Positions 27,501 through 36,324 of a stretch of DNA of 64,000 nucleotides are shown piece by piece. Source of the DNA: Kiritimatiellia bacterium. Lineage in GTDB: Bacteria; Verrucomicrobiota; Kiritimatiellia; RFP12; UBA1067. A model generated the notes under the pieces. The model had not been told where the DNA came from and did no database searches. It saw only the letters and a list, made by a program, of their open reading frames with translations. The stretch lies in NCBI GenBank assembly GCA_034003585.1, contig JAVEYH010000003.1, positions 13,523 through 77,522 of the forward strand, read 5' to 3'. Every line of letters starts with the position of its first letter. Positions within the stretch are counted from its first letter, which is position 1. Position numbers and translations under genes: made by a program.

Positions 27501-30500
27501 GGCGCGGGAGCCTGCATCCCCAACATCAATGCCGAGTATGACCCGCTCTTCCAGGGCCGGAATCACGGGGACGGCGGCTTTGACTTCGACGGCGAGGACG
27601 GCGGCGTGGCTTGGGTCGACGACGCGCCCGGCGGCGGCGGCGCCATCCGGCTGGGCCGTTTCGGTTATGTGACCAACAACCTCTGCGCGCAGGTCGCGTT
27701 CACCAACTTCGGCACCGGCGTGCTCACCTGGGAGTGGACCGCCAGCAGCGAAGCCGCGGGCGATGAACTCGCCCTCGAAATCGACGACATCCCCACGAAC
27801 TGGATCAGCGGCAAACTCAACGGCGCCTGGTACGGCAGCGCGTTCGCGGTGACCTCGGACCGCTTCCAGGGCGAATCGACCCTGAACCGGTTCGCCTTCC
27901 GCTACCGGAAGGACGGCGATGTGAGCCTGCTCGAAGACTGCGCCTGGCTGCGCAACGTGCGTTGGCATGCCACCCGTAAACTCACCGTCGAGAACGGTTC
28001 GGTCCTCACGCCCGCCGCGACCGAAGAGGGATATTACATGGCCGGCCTGCCGGTCACCATCCTGGCCGACCCGCCCGCACCCGGTTTCTATTTTGACCGC
28101 TGGACCGGAACCAACCTCACGGGGCTGGCCTCCGCAATCACGAATCCCAGCCCGACCTTCATCATGCCGGACCGCGACCTGACACTCACCGCAACCTACA
28201 CCACCAACGCGCCGCCGGTCCCGCACTATACCCTGACCGTAGCGAACGGATCCGGCAGCGGCTCGTATGAGAGCGGGACGATCGTGCCGATCCTGGCGGA
28301 TGCGCCCGGCCTGTGGCAGACCTTCACCGGATGGGCCGGCGACACTGACGCCCTCGCGGATCCCTCCGCCAGCGCGACCACCGCGCTCATCGGCAACGAA
28401 AACATCGCGGTGACCGCCACCTACAGCGTTTTGCCGGTCCCGGATCTGATCCGCGACGCGCTCGGCGTCCCCGCGCCCATCACGTTCGCCAATCTGACGG
28501 CCGACAACATCGGAGCGGACAGCGTGACTTTCGGCCCGCTCGCGGACGGCCAGACCGCCTTCTTCTCCACCGTCTACACCAATGCGGGGACCGTGAGCTT
28601 CCCGTGGTCCGTGGACAGCGAAGAGGGCTACGACTTCCTCACCTTCGCGGTGGACGGCACCAACCTCCTCGAGGCCTCCGGAACCCGCTCCGGCGTGATG
28701 ACCCATTTCGTCGCGGGCGACGGACCGCATACGCTGCAATGGTCCTACACCAAGGATGTCAGCGATGCGGCGGGCAGTGATCGCGCCGTCATCGGCCGGG
28801 TCACCTGGATTCCCGACGCCCTCGCAGCCGAACTGGGCACGCCCGGCAAGCCTCTGACCGCGCCGGACGGGTTTGACGCGATCCTGCTCGATGACGCGCC
28901 GCCCGCGGGCGCGGTCGGCGACCGGGCCGTGCGGTTCGGCGGCGGCGGCAGCGTGGATCCCGACGGATCGGTCACGCTCGGCACGCGCTTCTCGGGCAGC
29001 GGCACCCTGGCCTTCCAATGGTACGCGTCATCCGAACAGAGCCACGACTACCTGATTCTCCTCGTCAACGGGGCCGAGGCCGCGCGCATCAGCGGGACCA
29101 AGGACGGGTGGCAAACCTTCACGACCAACCTGCTGACCGTGATGGAGCACGATGTCCGCTGGCGCTATCAGAAAGACGGCAGCGGCTCCTCCGGACAGGA
29201 TTGCGGCTGGGTCGACAGCGTCACCTGGACCCAGTTCACCCAGAATCTGACCGTGGAGAACGGTTCGGGTGGCGGGGTCTATGCGGTCGGCCAGACGGTG
29301 CCTGTCCTTGCCGACACCCCGGCCGCCGGGATGGAGTTCGACCAGTGGGACGGCGACACCGAGACCCTGGCGGACCGGTACGCGGCCGGAACCTCCCTGG
29401 TGATGCCGGGCCGCGACATCACCGTGCGCGCCCTCTACCGTCCGCTGACCCTCACCGTCACGGTGGTCAACGGCCGCGACGGCGGCGCGTGGCCCAATGC
29501 AGTCCACGAGAGCACCGGTGAGCCGGAAGGCGCCTACCCGGAAGGCGCCGAGATCCGCGTGATCGCCGACCCGGCCCCGCTGTGGCAGACGTTCGACCAC
29601 TGGAGCGCCGAGCCCGCAGGCGTGGTGTTCGCGGACCCGAACGCGGCCATCACCACCTTCACCATGCCGGACGCCAGCGTCACGGTGACCGCCGTCTACC
29701 GCCAGCAGACCGTCCCCGAGCAATTGGCCGGCGCGCTGACGATCGCCGGGCAGCCCCTGACCGTCACCGCCGCCTCGGCCACCGGCGTGGTCGCCCAGGC
29801 GCAGGGCGGCATCCGGTACGACGATCCGGTCGTGGTCTTCGGCGGACCCTCGATCGGCGCGGGCCAGACGGCCGAGCTGACCTTCACCAACTTTGTCGGC
29901 GACGGCGTGCTGCTTTTCTGGTGGAAAGGCCAGTCGGAAACAGCCTACGACCGCGTGCGGGTTCTGGTGAACGGCACGGACACCGCAAGCAGCGTCTCGG
30001 CCAAGGACGCGGTCTGGCGGTTGGCGGCCAGCGCCATCACGGGCGCTTCCTCCATCACGTTGCGGTTTGAGCGCGACAGCTCCTATTTCGTGCGCGAGAA
30101 CACGATCGCCATCGACCGCGTGACCTGGATCCCGCAAGAACTGATTGACGCGTTCGGATGCGCCCCCGCGCTTCCCGACATCAACGGCGAAACGTCGGGA
30201 TTCGACGGCGAGGACGGCGGCGTGAGTTGGGTGACGGATGCGCCCGGCGGCGCGGGCGCCGTGCGCTTCGGCCGCTTCGGTTATGTCAACAACAGCCAGC
30301 ACGCCCAGGTTACGGTGACCAATTACGGCACCGGCATCCTGACCTGGCAGTGGGCCGCCAGCAGCGAAGCCTCCGCCGACAGGCTGGAGTTCTGGGCCTC
30401 CCCGGACCAGGATCCCACCGATCTGCCCCACACGTGGACCGCCGGCAAGGAGGAGAGCTGGCACGACGCCTCTCATGTGGTCCGGAGCGGGACCGAAAAC

Positions 30501-31223
30501 CGGGAGACCGCGTCCAAAACCCTGCGCACCTTCCTGTTCAAGTACAGCAAGGACAGCGATGTCAGCGTGCTTCAGGACTGCGTCTGGATGCGCCAGGGCC
30601 TCTGGACCCCGACGTTCAAACTGACGCTCGATTCCGCGGTGGTCGTCTCCTACACCCTGCCCGCCGCCTTTGCCGGCATGGCTGCGGTCATCGAAGAGGC
30701 GGAGGAGTATCAGATCTTCCCGGTCGGGACTTCTCTGACTCTCGCGCCGGAGCCGGCGCCGGACGGCATGGTTTTCGACAGTTGGGAGGGCGACGTGTTC
30801 GTGCTCACCAATGCGGTCTCGCCCGTCTGCACTTTCCTGATGCCGGAGGGCGACATCGCGCTGACCGCCACGTACGTTGACGCGCCCCTCCCGCCCTCGG
30901 GTTCCGGCCTGCGCGCCGCCTCGACCATCACTTCCCTGCGCCTGACCCCCGGCTCCCCCGATGCGCTCACCCGCAGCCTCACCGGCGAGACGCAGACACA
31001 GCCGACCGTGCTGACGCTCGACTTCACCGGCGCCCCCCAGACCGAATACCTGTTGGAATGGATCCCCTCCCTGAGCGGTGACGGCGTCTGGCAGAGTCTG
31101 CCGATCGCCTACCGCCAGGTTCTGGGCGACACGGAAGACGGCCAGCGCGCCATCCGCCTCTTCGCAACGCTCCCGGCAGACACCCCGCAGGCGTTCTTCC
31201 GGTTGCGGACCTCCGAACCGTAA
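24549..31223 (+). CDS. giant (2224 aa) secreted right-handed beta-helix protein with multiple InlB B-repeat-like beta modules; candidate adhesin
   Basis: Signal peptide ...AALRA|ADFYVASDGSDTAAGTEAAPFRTIQRGVDAA, a pectate-lyase-fold N-terminus. Recurring modules of the form TLTVENGxGGGVxxVGxxVxxLAD. Located between pilQ and pilT. Confidence 0.85.
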   Translation: MNTNVFRYRRLATAAAMLTAAALRAADFYVASDGSDTAAGTEAAPFRTIQRGVDAAATGDRVWVAPGLYANPPVAAAGKSRLAITKNITVRSTGGAAQTVIRGQPHSDTLRFGSDAIRCVYLSAGTLDGFTLENGFANAASPGSDMTDPVKNGGGVYTPDGIRDAQVVNCIIAGCGAYRGSAAHGSTLRNCTVVSNHVSSTSGAALFSCHVYNSIVMFNGPSNDENYPYEANSVDQSRFFFSCTSPAPGLNVYGETRDGGNNLTEDPLFAEGSLRLADNSPCINAGSNDHTNGTRAAAGDARVQGGTADMGAYERGQTFNTLTVIHGTGGGDYTNGAVVALTAHPGLAWQLFDGWTGEVATVTGTADAATTLIMPDRDITVVATYRTLTLDEYLAEVLGLPQPVTSGNLAYGDVAPQIPEVKLGPVEDGESAFLSTVYTNGGTLFFPWRVSSEAGYDELRLLLDGLPVQTFSGEGSGIATQAVTGTGPHTLLWEYRKDVEASDGADAGWVGAVTWIPEPLAAELGAPGHAVRFPDGQPGAPLPFPYGYAACFLDPAAPAGAAGGEAVRLGGLDAGGNPLFPDGSTNRLEVTLQGAGQLSFQWCASNQLSDTVICLIDGTEAARASGTKNGWLSFTTNLLTAAAHTVTWVYTKNASGFAGADAAWIDNVTWDRFTHTLTVENGQGGGVFPVGDPVTILADDPPAGQMFSVWDGDTAYLADPAAPSATLIMPDRDITLRALFTREVFPLAVVNGRDAGAWPNAVCEGTGEPEGAYPAGASVRLVAAPAPLWYVFDRWTASDPGAAFDDALAEVTRFTMPSNAVTVTASYRALSSNEKLGEALTIRGQPLTVSAFSPSGVVAIASGGVRYDDPVVQMGGPAVGPGQSVTLSTSSFTGDGVLLFWWHADAEAESDGLRLEVNGLTASPLYSEKRTNDTDKIWHLYGFGLTNVTEITWRFTRDDSYAVHQNIVLVDRVTWIPGALLDALGAGACIPNINAEYDPLFQGRNHGDGGFDFDGEDGGVAWVDDAPGGGGAIRLGRFGYVTNNLCAQVAFTNFGTGVLTWEWTASSEAAGDELALEIDDIPTNWISGKLNGAWYGSAFAVTSDRFQGESTLNRFAFRYRKDGDVSLLEDCAWLRNVRWHATRKLTVENGSVLTPAATEEGYYMAGLPVTILADPPAPGFYFDRWTGTNLTGLASAITNPSPTFIMPDRDLTLTATYTTNAPPVPHYTLTVANGSGSGSYESGTIVPILADAPGLWQTFTGWAGDTDALADPSASATTALIGNENIAVTATYSVLPVPDLIRDALGVPAPITFANLTADNIGADSVTFGPLADGQTAFFSTVYTNAGTVSFPWSVDSEEGYDFLTFAVDGTNLLEASGTRSGVMTHFVAGDGPHTLQWSYTKDVSDAAGSDRAVIGRVTWIPDALAAELGTPGKPLTAPDGFDAILLDDAPPAGAVGDRAVRFGGGGSVDPDGSVTLGTRFSGSGTLAFQWYASSEQSHDYLILLVNGAEAARISGTKDGWQTFTTNLLTVMEHDVRWRYQKDGSGSSGQDCGWVDSVTWTQFTQNLTVENGSGGGVYAVGQTVPVLADTPAAGMEFDQWDGDTETLADRYAAGTSLVMPGRDITVRALYRPLTLTVTVVNGRDGGAWPNAVHESTGEPEGAYPEGAEIRVIADPAPLWQTFDHWSAEPAGVVFADPNAAITTFTMPDASVTVTAVYRQQTVPEQLAGALTIAGQPLTVTAASATGVVAQAQGGIRYDDPVVVFGGPSIGAGQTAELTFTNFVGDGVLLFWWKGQSETAYDRVRVLVNGTDTASSVSAKDAVWRLAASAITGASSITLRFERDSSYFVRENTIAIDRVTWIPQELIDAFGCAPALPDINGETSGFDGEDGGVSWVTDAPGGAGAVRFGRFGYVNNSQHAQVTVTNYGTGILTWQWAASSEASADRLEFWASPDQDPTDLPHTWTAGKEESWHDASHVVRSGTENRETASKTLRTFLFKYSKDSDVSVLQDCVWMRQGLWTPTFKLTLDSAVVVSYTLPAAFAGMAAVIEEAEEYQIFPVGTSLTLAPEPAPDGMVFDSWEGDVFVLTNAVSPVCTFLMPEGDIALTATYVDAPLPPSGSGLRAASTITSLRLTPGSPDALTRSLTGETQTQPTVLTLDFTGAPQTEYLLEWIPSLSGDGVWQSLPIAYRQVLGDTEDGQRAIRLFATLPADTPQAFFRLRTSEP
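25700..31140 (+). repeat. internal tandem duplication of an approx. 2.7-kb (about 900-aa) supermodule within the giant gene (unit A about 25700-28420, unit B about 28420-31140; roughly 55-60% aa identity)
   Basis: Example pairs: LGLPQPVTSGNLAYGD...VTWIPEPLAAELGAPG versus LGVPAPITFANLTADN...VTWIPDALAAELGTPG, and LSFQWCASNQLSDTVICLIDGTEAARASGTKNGW versus LAFQWYASSEQSHDYLILLVNGAEAARISGTKDGW. Confidence 0.7.
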
Positions 31224-31242
31224 CCCCCCGATCAGGACTCCC

Positions 31243-32718
31243 ATGCCCACACTCGACCGTTTCCTCATTCCGCTCGTCACCGAATCGGGCAGCGACCTGC
31301 ACCTCAGTGCGGGCCGCCCGCCCTTCATGCGGATCCACGGCACGCTGGCGCCGGTTCCCGGCGAACCGCTTCTGACCAGCATGCGGATTTTGGAGCTGTT
31401 GCGGGAGATCATGCCGACGCAGAACATCGAGGAACTCGAGCGCGAATGGGACACCGACTGCGCCTACGAGATCCCGGGCACCGCGCGCTTCCGCGTCAAC
31501 GGGTTCCGCGACATGCACGGGTTCGGTGCCGTGATGCGCGTGATCCCCGAACTGATCCCGACGTTCGAGGAACTCAACCTCCCCGAGGTCCTGCGCGATT
31601 TCTGCCGCCTCTCCAAAGGCCTGGTCATCGTCACCGGCCCCACCGGCAGCGGCAAATCCACGACCCTGTCGGCCATGGTCGATTACATCAACCGGGAGCG
31701 CAACGAGCATATCATCACCATCGAGGACCCCATCGAGTTCGTGCACACGCCGCGGCAGTGCGTCATCAACCAGCGTGAGGTGCACCGCGACACGCACAGT
31801 TTCTCGCGGGCCCTGCGCGCCGCCCTCCGTGAAGACCCGGACATCGTGCTCGTCGGCGAAATCCGCGACCTGGAGACCATGGAGATCGCCATCGAAACCG
31901 CGGAAACCGGCCATCTGGTCTTCGCCACCCTGCACACCAACACTGCGGCCACCACCGTGGAACGCATGATCGACAAGTTCCCGGCCGAGCGCCAGAACCA
32001 GATCCGTTCCATGCTTTCCGACACGCTCAAAGGCGTGGTGGCGCAAACCCTCTGCAAAAAAATCGAGGGCGGCCGGGTGGCTGCGTTCGAGGTGCTGGTC
32101 GTCACCACACCGGTCGCCGCGCTCATCCGCGAGGCCAAGACGCACATGCTCCCCTCGGTGATGCAGACCGGACGGGCCGCAGGCATGCAGACCTTCAGCG
32201 ACGAGCTGACGCGGCTCGCCGCCAAAGGCATCATCTCGTCCGAAGACGCCTACATCAAAGCCGTGGACAAGGTGGACATCGAAACCAAATTCCGGCTCGC
32301 GGGCATCAGCCTCGACTTCAAAAAACAGGCCGAGGAGGCCGCCCGGCTCGCGCGTATGGCCAAAGCCCAGGAAGTGCTGCAGGCCGGACGCGCGGCGCTG
32401 CAGGCCGACCCCAAGAACAGCGCGGCACTGTGCGATGTGGCTTGGATTCTCGCCACCTCGCCCTTCGCGGAGCTGCGCGACGGCAAAGAGGCGGTGAAAC
32501 TCGCGGAAAAAGCCTGCAGCCTGTCACGCGACAAAGATGCGGCCGCGCTCGAGGTGCTGGGCGCGGCCCAGGCCGAATACGGATCCTTCCGGCGCGCGCT
32601 GGACGCCACACGCCGCGCCGCCGAGCTGTACAAACAGGCGGGCGACGTCGTGCGCGCGACCGCGCTCGGCAACCGCCTCGGGATGTTCGAGCAGAGCAAA
32701 CCGTACCGGGATGAGTGA
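31243..32718 (+). CDS. pilT: twitching-motility retraction ATPase PilT with approx. 135-aa C-terminal TPR-like extension
   Basis: Walker A GPTGSGKSTT and a PilT core of about 355 aa. The extra C-terminal helical TPR-like region begins ...ALCDVAWILATSPFAELRDGKEAVKLAEKACSLS. Confidence 0.85.
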   Translation: MPTLDRFLIPLVTESGSDLHLSAGRPPFMRIHGTLAPVPGEPLLTSMRILELLREIMPTQNIEELEREWDTDCAYEIPGTARFRVNGFRDMHGFGAVMRVIPELIPTFEELNLPEVLRDFCRLSKGLVIVTGPTGSGKSTTLSAMVDYINRERNEHIITIEDPIEFVHTPRQCVINQREVHRDTHSFSRALRAALREDPDIVLVGEIRDLETMEIAIETAETGHLVFATLHTNTAATTVERMIDKFPAERQNQIRSMLSDTLKGVVAQTLCKKIEGGRVAAFEVLVVTTPVAALIREAKTHMLPSVMQTGRAAGMQTFSDELTRLAAKGIISSEDAYIKAVDKVDIETKFRLAGISLDFKKQAEEAARLARMAKAQEVLQAGRAALQADPKNSAALCDVAWILATSPFAELRDGKEAVKLAEKACSLSRDKDAAALEVLGAAQAEYGSFRRALDATRRAAELYKQAGDVVRATALGNRLGMFEQSKPYRDE

Positions 32719-32777
32719 ATCCCCGCCGCAGGCCGCTTCCCCCCGCGCGCTTCCGCGCGTCCCCAAAGGGGGCGCGG

Positions 32778-34019
32778 TCAATTCTGCAGCAGCGAACCGG
32801 CCACGGCCGTGACGTTCTGGCCGCTCTGCACCGGCTGCAGCGCCAGATCCAGTTTCAGCGGCGTCCCGTTCGGCAACATCACCTTCAGCGTCTCGCGGAT
32901 CTTCTCGCCGCAGGCCGCACGCAGGAAAAACCGTGAGGCGTCCGGCAACAGGTCCATAAACCGCACACTCCTGGCCTGCGCCTCGTCCGGAATCCCGAAA
33001 GCCTCCAGCAGCGCCCGGTTGACGATCAGGAAAAGCCCCTCCGTATCGCAGACAAACGCCGGCGCCAACGCCGCATCCAGCGCGGCCCGGCTCTTGCGCA
33101 GATCCTCCATCGCGTTTTTGCGGCGCTCGACATTCCGGATCGCGAAGACCATGTTGGTGCCGCGTGTCAGGGAGAGCGTGCTCACCCCCACCTCGCCCGC
33201 GAACGAGGAACCGTCCTTCCGCACGCACCGCGCGTCAATCAGGATGTGATGGTTCTCGGCCAGGTTCTGCTTCAGATGCTCGAACATCTGGCTCGTCATG
33301 CCCGGCACGATCTTCCCGACCGGCAGATCCCACGACTCCTCGCGCGTAAACCCCAGCAACTCCTCCATCCGCCGGCTGCAATCCACCACATGCCCCTGAT
33401 CGTCCAGAATCAGCAGCGCATCGTACAAGCCGTTCATCAGCTGGTAATAGAGCACCCGCTGATCCGGCTTGGGGCGCACCACATCCGACCCCTGCCGCGC
33501 GTCCGCGGCCTTGGCCGGCGGAGCGGGAGACACGGCGGGAACCGGCCCGGTGACCGGAACCGCGGCCGCCGGTTCCGCGGCCGCGGACTGACCCCCGCGC
33601 GGCCGCAACCCGAACGCAACGGGCTTGACGGCGGCAGGCCCGGAACCCGGCAAAGCGTCCGGGGCGCCCGGAGCCCGCAGCCGCGCCACACCGTTCCCCA
33701 CCGCCTTGAGAACAACCTTGGAGCTGCCGGAGGCTTCCGGCGCCGCCACGGCGTCGCTTGAGCGCGGCACCGCCGGAGCCAGAACCGGAACGTCAGCCTT
33801 CGGCGCGGATACAGGCGCCGGTTCGGGACGCGGTTCGGGACGCGGCCCCTCTGCCGCGACAGGAGAAGATGCCCCCGGAACCTGCGCTTCAGGCACAGGC
33901 TTCTCCGCAGGCGCACCGGATGAAGACGGAGCCGAATCACCGGTCTCCCGCGGCACATCCCCGGCCATCGCCTGATCCGTCTTGGCCTCTTTTTTTCCAA
34001 ACCAGAAGTTCAACGCCAT
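32778..34019 (-). CDS. PAS-domain protein with Pro/Ala-rich low-complexity N-terminus (two PAS domains, no output domain)
   Basis: PAS cores ...YDALLILDDQGHVVDCSRRMEELLGF and ...PAFVCDTEGLFLIVNRALLEAFG. Confidence 0.7.
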   Translation of the reverse strand: MALNFWFGKKEAKTDQAMAGDVPRETGDSAPSSSGAPAEKPVPEAQVPGASSPVAAEGPRPEPRPEPAPVSAPKADVPVLAPAVPRSSDAVAAPEASGSSKVVLKAVGNGVARLRAPGAPDALPGSGPAAVKPVAFGLRPRGGQSAAAEPAAAVPVTGPVPAVSPAPPAKAADARQGSDVVRPKPDQRVLYYQLMNGLYDALLILDDQGHVVDCSRRMEELLGFTREESWDLPVGKIVPGMTSQMFEHLKQNLAENHHILIDARCVRKDGSSFAGEVGVSTLSLTRGTNMVFAIRNVERRKNAMEDLRKSRAALDAALAPAFVCDTEGLFLIVNRALLEAFGIPDEAQARSVRFMDLLPDASRFFLRAACGEKIRETLKVMLPNGTPLKLDLALQPVQSGQNVTAVAGSLLQN

Positions 34020-34143
34020 GATTCCCTTCCCGACACGCTATCTAGCAGGATCGATGCCAAGACTTGCCTCTCAAACATCCCGTCTTTGGCACAACTTCTG
34101 CTGAACAATGTATGATTATTGATTTTTCCAATGGGCGTTTGCA

Positions 34144-35112
34144 ATGAAAAAAAACCGTTACACGAAAAACATGCTGGTGCGCGAACTGGCGTTCAGCACT
34201 GGAATCACGCAGAAAACCGCCGGTTTTGTTTTGGAGGCCCTGTGCCACATCGCGTACCGCGAGGCGGCGGACCAGGGTTTCACGCTGCCGGGGTTGTGCC
34301 GCATGGACATCATCCGGCGCAAGGCGCGCCGGATGCGGAATCCTCAAACCGGAGAAAATATTCTCATTGCTGAGCATGACGCCCTGCGGGTGCGCGCGCT
34401 CAAGAAGGCGCGTGACACGATTACGCCGCAACCGAAAGACCTGATCACCGTCCTCCCCCCCGAAACCCCGGAGGCGGCCCCGCAGTCGAAGATTCTGGAC
34501 GACTTCTCGAAAGCGGTCTCGTTTTGCTGTAAGAAATGCGGCCAGGAGATCGAGGCCCCGCTCGCGGCCGCAGGAATGCAGGCCGAGTGTCCGGTTTGCG
34601 CCGAGCCGATCATGATCCCCAAGGAGTCCGAACCGGGAACCCTGCACGGTCCGGCCCTGCCGGAAGAACCGGCACCCGCGCCAAAACCCGTACCGGCAAC
34701 CGAACCGGGCGCCGCGGTCCCGGCCCCGGCTGCCGCACCCGCAAACGAATCTGCCGCACCGCCGCCCCCGCCTTCCGCAGCGGATCACGCGAAGCTCAAG
34801 AATCAGACGATCCGCATCGATCTCGGCGCGCTCGGGTTCGACACGTCCGGCACGCCCCAGCCCCAGAAGGCTCCGCCCCGCAAACGCATGCTCTCCTTTT
34901 TCTGCAAGAATTGCCGTCAGGAGATCGAGGCCCCGGCCGAAATGGCCGGTTCATCCTCGGAATGCCCCTCCTGCGGCGTCAGTTTCGAAGTCCCCTTCTT
35001 CTCGGATCCCGGAACGCTGCACGGCAGCGACCTGGATCTGAAGAAGGATGCCGCTTCCATCCAGGAGATGAAAAGCCGGACCATCCGTATCGAGGTTCCC
35101 GATGACCTTTGA
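34144..35112 (+). CDS. HU/IHF-family DNA-binding domain fused to a C-terminal region with two tandem C4 zinc-ribbon repeats
   Basis: N-terminal 90 aa match the HU fold (GFTLPGLCRMDIIRRKARRMRNPQTGENI). Two repeats of the form FCCKKCGQEIEAP...ECPVCAEP and FFCKNCRQEIEAP...ECPSCGVS, each ending in PGTLHG. Confidence 0.8.
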   Translation: MKKNRYTKNMLVRELAFSTGITQKTAGFVLEALCHIAYREAADQGFTLPGLCRMDIIRRKARRMRNPQTGENILIAEHDALRVRALKKARDTITPQPKDLITVLPPETPEAAPQSKILDDFSKAVSFCCKKCGQEIEAPLAAAGMQAECPVCAEPIMIPKESEPGTLHGPALPEEPAPAPKPVPATEPGAAVPAPAAAPANESAAPPPPPSAADHAKLKNQTIRIDLGALGFDTSGTPQPQKAPPRKRMLSFFCKNCRQEIEAPAEMAGSSSECPSCGVSFEVPFFSDPGTLHGSDLDLKKDAASIQEMKSRTIRIEVPDDL

Positions 35113-35114
35113 AT

Positions 35115-35133
35115 AACCCCGCCGCGCGGGGTT
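35115..35133 (+). other. hairpin (AACCCCGC-CGC-GCGGGGTT) immediately after the HU-like gene stop; no U-tract
   Basis: Read directly. Confidence 0.3.
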
Positions 35134-35241
35134 CCGAAATGAACGGGAGGAATGCCGGGGAACGGGGGCAAGACCGCACAGCTCCCGTTCCTGATCCCAT
35201 CCTTCCCCTCCTTCAGCAGTTTGGCGAAGTGACAGGAAAGC

Positions 35242-35766
35242 GTGTGCCACATGTGCCCGTTTCCGGACAGTCTGAACCGTTTCCGTCCCGCTCAGGGCCC
35301 CGCCCCCGCCGGAGCCTGCGGCGGGTTCACGCTGTTGGAGGTGCTGTTCGCCTCAACCGTGATGCTCGTGCTGTTTCTCGCGCTGTTCGAAACCCTGCTC
35401 TTCTGCCGCCGGAGCGCCGCGGACCTCCGCTGCCGGCTTGCGGCCGACGCGCTGGCGTATGATGTCGCCTGGGAGGTCTTCAACCGGAAAACCACCTGGT
35501 TTGACCGGCAGGTCACGGCGGACCGCTCCGCGTGGTACCCGGTCCCCCCGGATTTCTCCAGCTCCTTTCCCACCGGAACGGCGCAAACCGCCGTCTACAA
35601 CCTCACGATCCTGCGGCAGCCTGAAGGCGGTGGCGCGGTCACCCACTGGCGCATCATCACCGATGTGCGCTGGCCGCGCCCCTCCGGCGGCTGGGGCCGA
35701 CTCGCCCAACCGTATGCCGTGGACCGTTACCGCGCCGAACGCAACCTGTTCCGCACCGGACTCTGA
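35242..35766 (+). CDS. pseudopilin/minor pilin (prepilin-type N-terminus GGFTLLEVLFASTVMLVLFLAL); start codon uncertain
   Basis: Class III signal with Glu at +5. The long leader suggests the real start may lie downstream of the annotated ATG. Confidence 0.65.
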   Translation: MCHMCPFPDSLNRFRPAQGPAPAGACGGFTLLEVLFASTVMLVLFLALFETLLFCRRSAADLRCRLAADALAYDVAWEVFNRKTTWFDRQVTADRSAWYPVPPDFSSSFPTGTAQTAVYNLTILRQPEGGGAVTHWRIITDVRWPRPSGGWGRLAQPYAVDRYRAERNLFRTGL

Positions 35767-35780
35767 CCGAGGACAAAAAC

Positions 35781-36320
35781 ATGTCATCCTCTCCCGACAC
35801 CTGCCGCGACCCGCGGGCCGGCTTCACCCTGACGGAACTGGTCTTCTCCGTCGCCCTCCTCTCCCTGGTCCTCGCCCAGGCGGGAACCGCCCTGATCGCC
35901 TCGCAGCGGCTCTACGAGGCGACCGTGGCGGATCTCGAACTCACCCTCCAGTCGCGCGCGCTGCGCGAAAAACTGCTCTTCAACCTCAATGACGGCGAAG
36001 GCGGGCTCATGAACGCCAGCCTGAACGAACTCGAGATCGAGGACCCGAAACCCAACGGCAAAGGCAAGGCCCTGAAGTTCAAACCCAAGAAAGGCCCGGC
36101 CAACCGGCTGCGTCTCGGAAACAACAGGAAACTCACGGCCGACCGGGGACGGCCCGCCTGGCTGGAGAACCGCACGCCCGGCTTTCAGAGCGAGGACCTC
36201 TTTTGCGTTGTGCCGGGAAACAACGGCACGCTGCTGCTCGACCTGGATCTCGGATTCCAGATCCGGGACCGCTCCTACCGGCAGCGCAATCAGGCGAAGA
36301 TCCAGATTGTGAATCCGTGA
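35781..36320 (+). CDS. pseudopilin/minor pilin (GspJ/PilW-like)
   Basis: ...RAG|FTLTELVFSVALLSLVLAQAG, a prepilin motif with Glu at +5. Confidence 0.7.
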   Translation: MSSSPDTCRDPRAGFTLTELVFSVALLSLVLAQAGTALIASQRLYEATVADLELTLQSRALREKLLFNLNDGEGGLMNASLNELEIEDPKPNGKGKALKFKPKKGPANRLRLGNNRKLTADRGRPAWLENRTPGFQSEDLFCVVPGNNGTLLLDLDLGFQIRDRSYRQRNQAKIQIVNP

Positions 36321-36324
36321 GGCG

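Noticed and set aside
24549-31223. Giant protein as an RTX toxin or mobile element
   Set aside because: No GGXGXD nonapeptide repeats, no transposase, integrase or phage genes nearby. The repeats are beta-module duplications typical of adhesin-like proteins.
26373-31454. 881-aa and 808-aa minus-strand ORFs antisense to the giant beta-helix gene
   Set aside because: The plus strand shows coherent modular protein repeats and a signal peptide. The antisense frames are Gly/Arg/Ala-rich with no domain signal.
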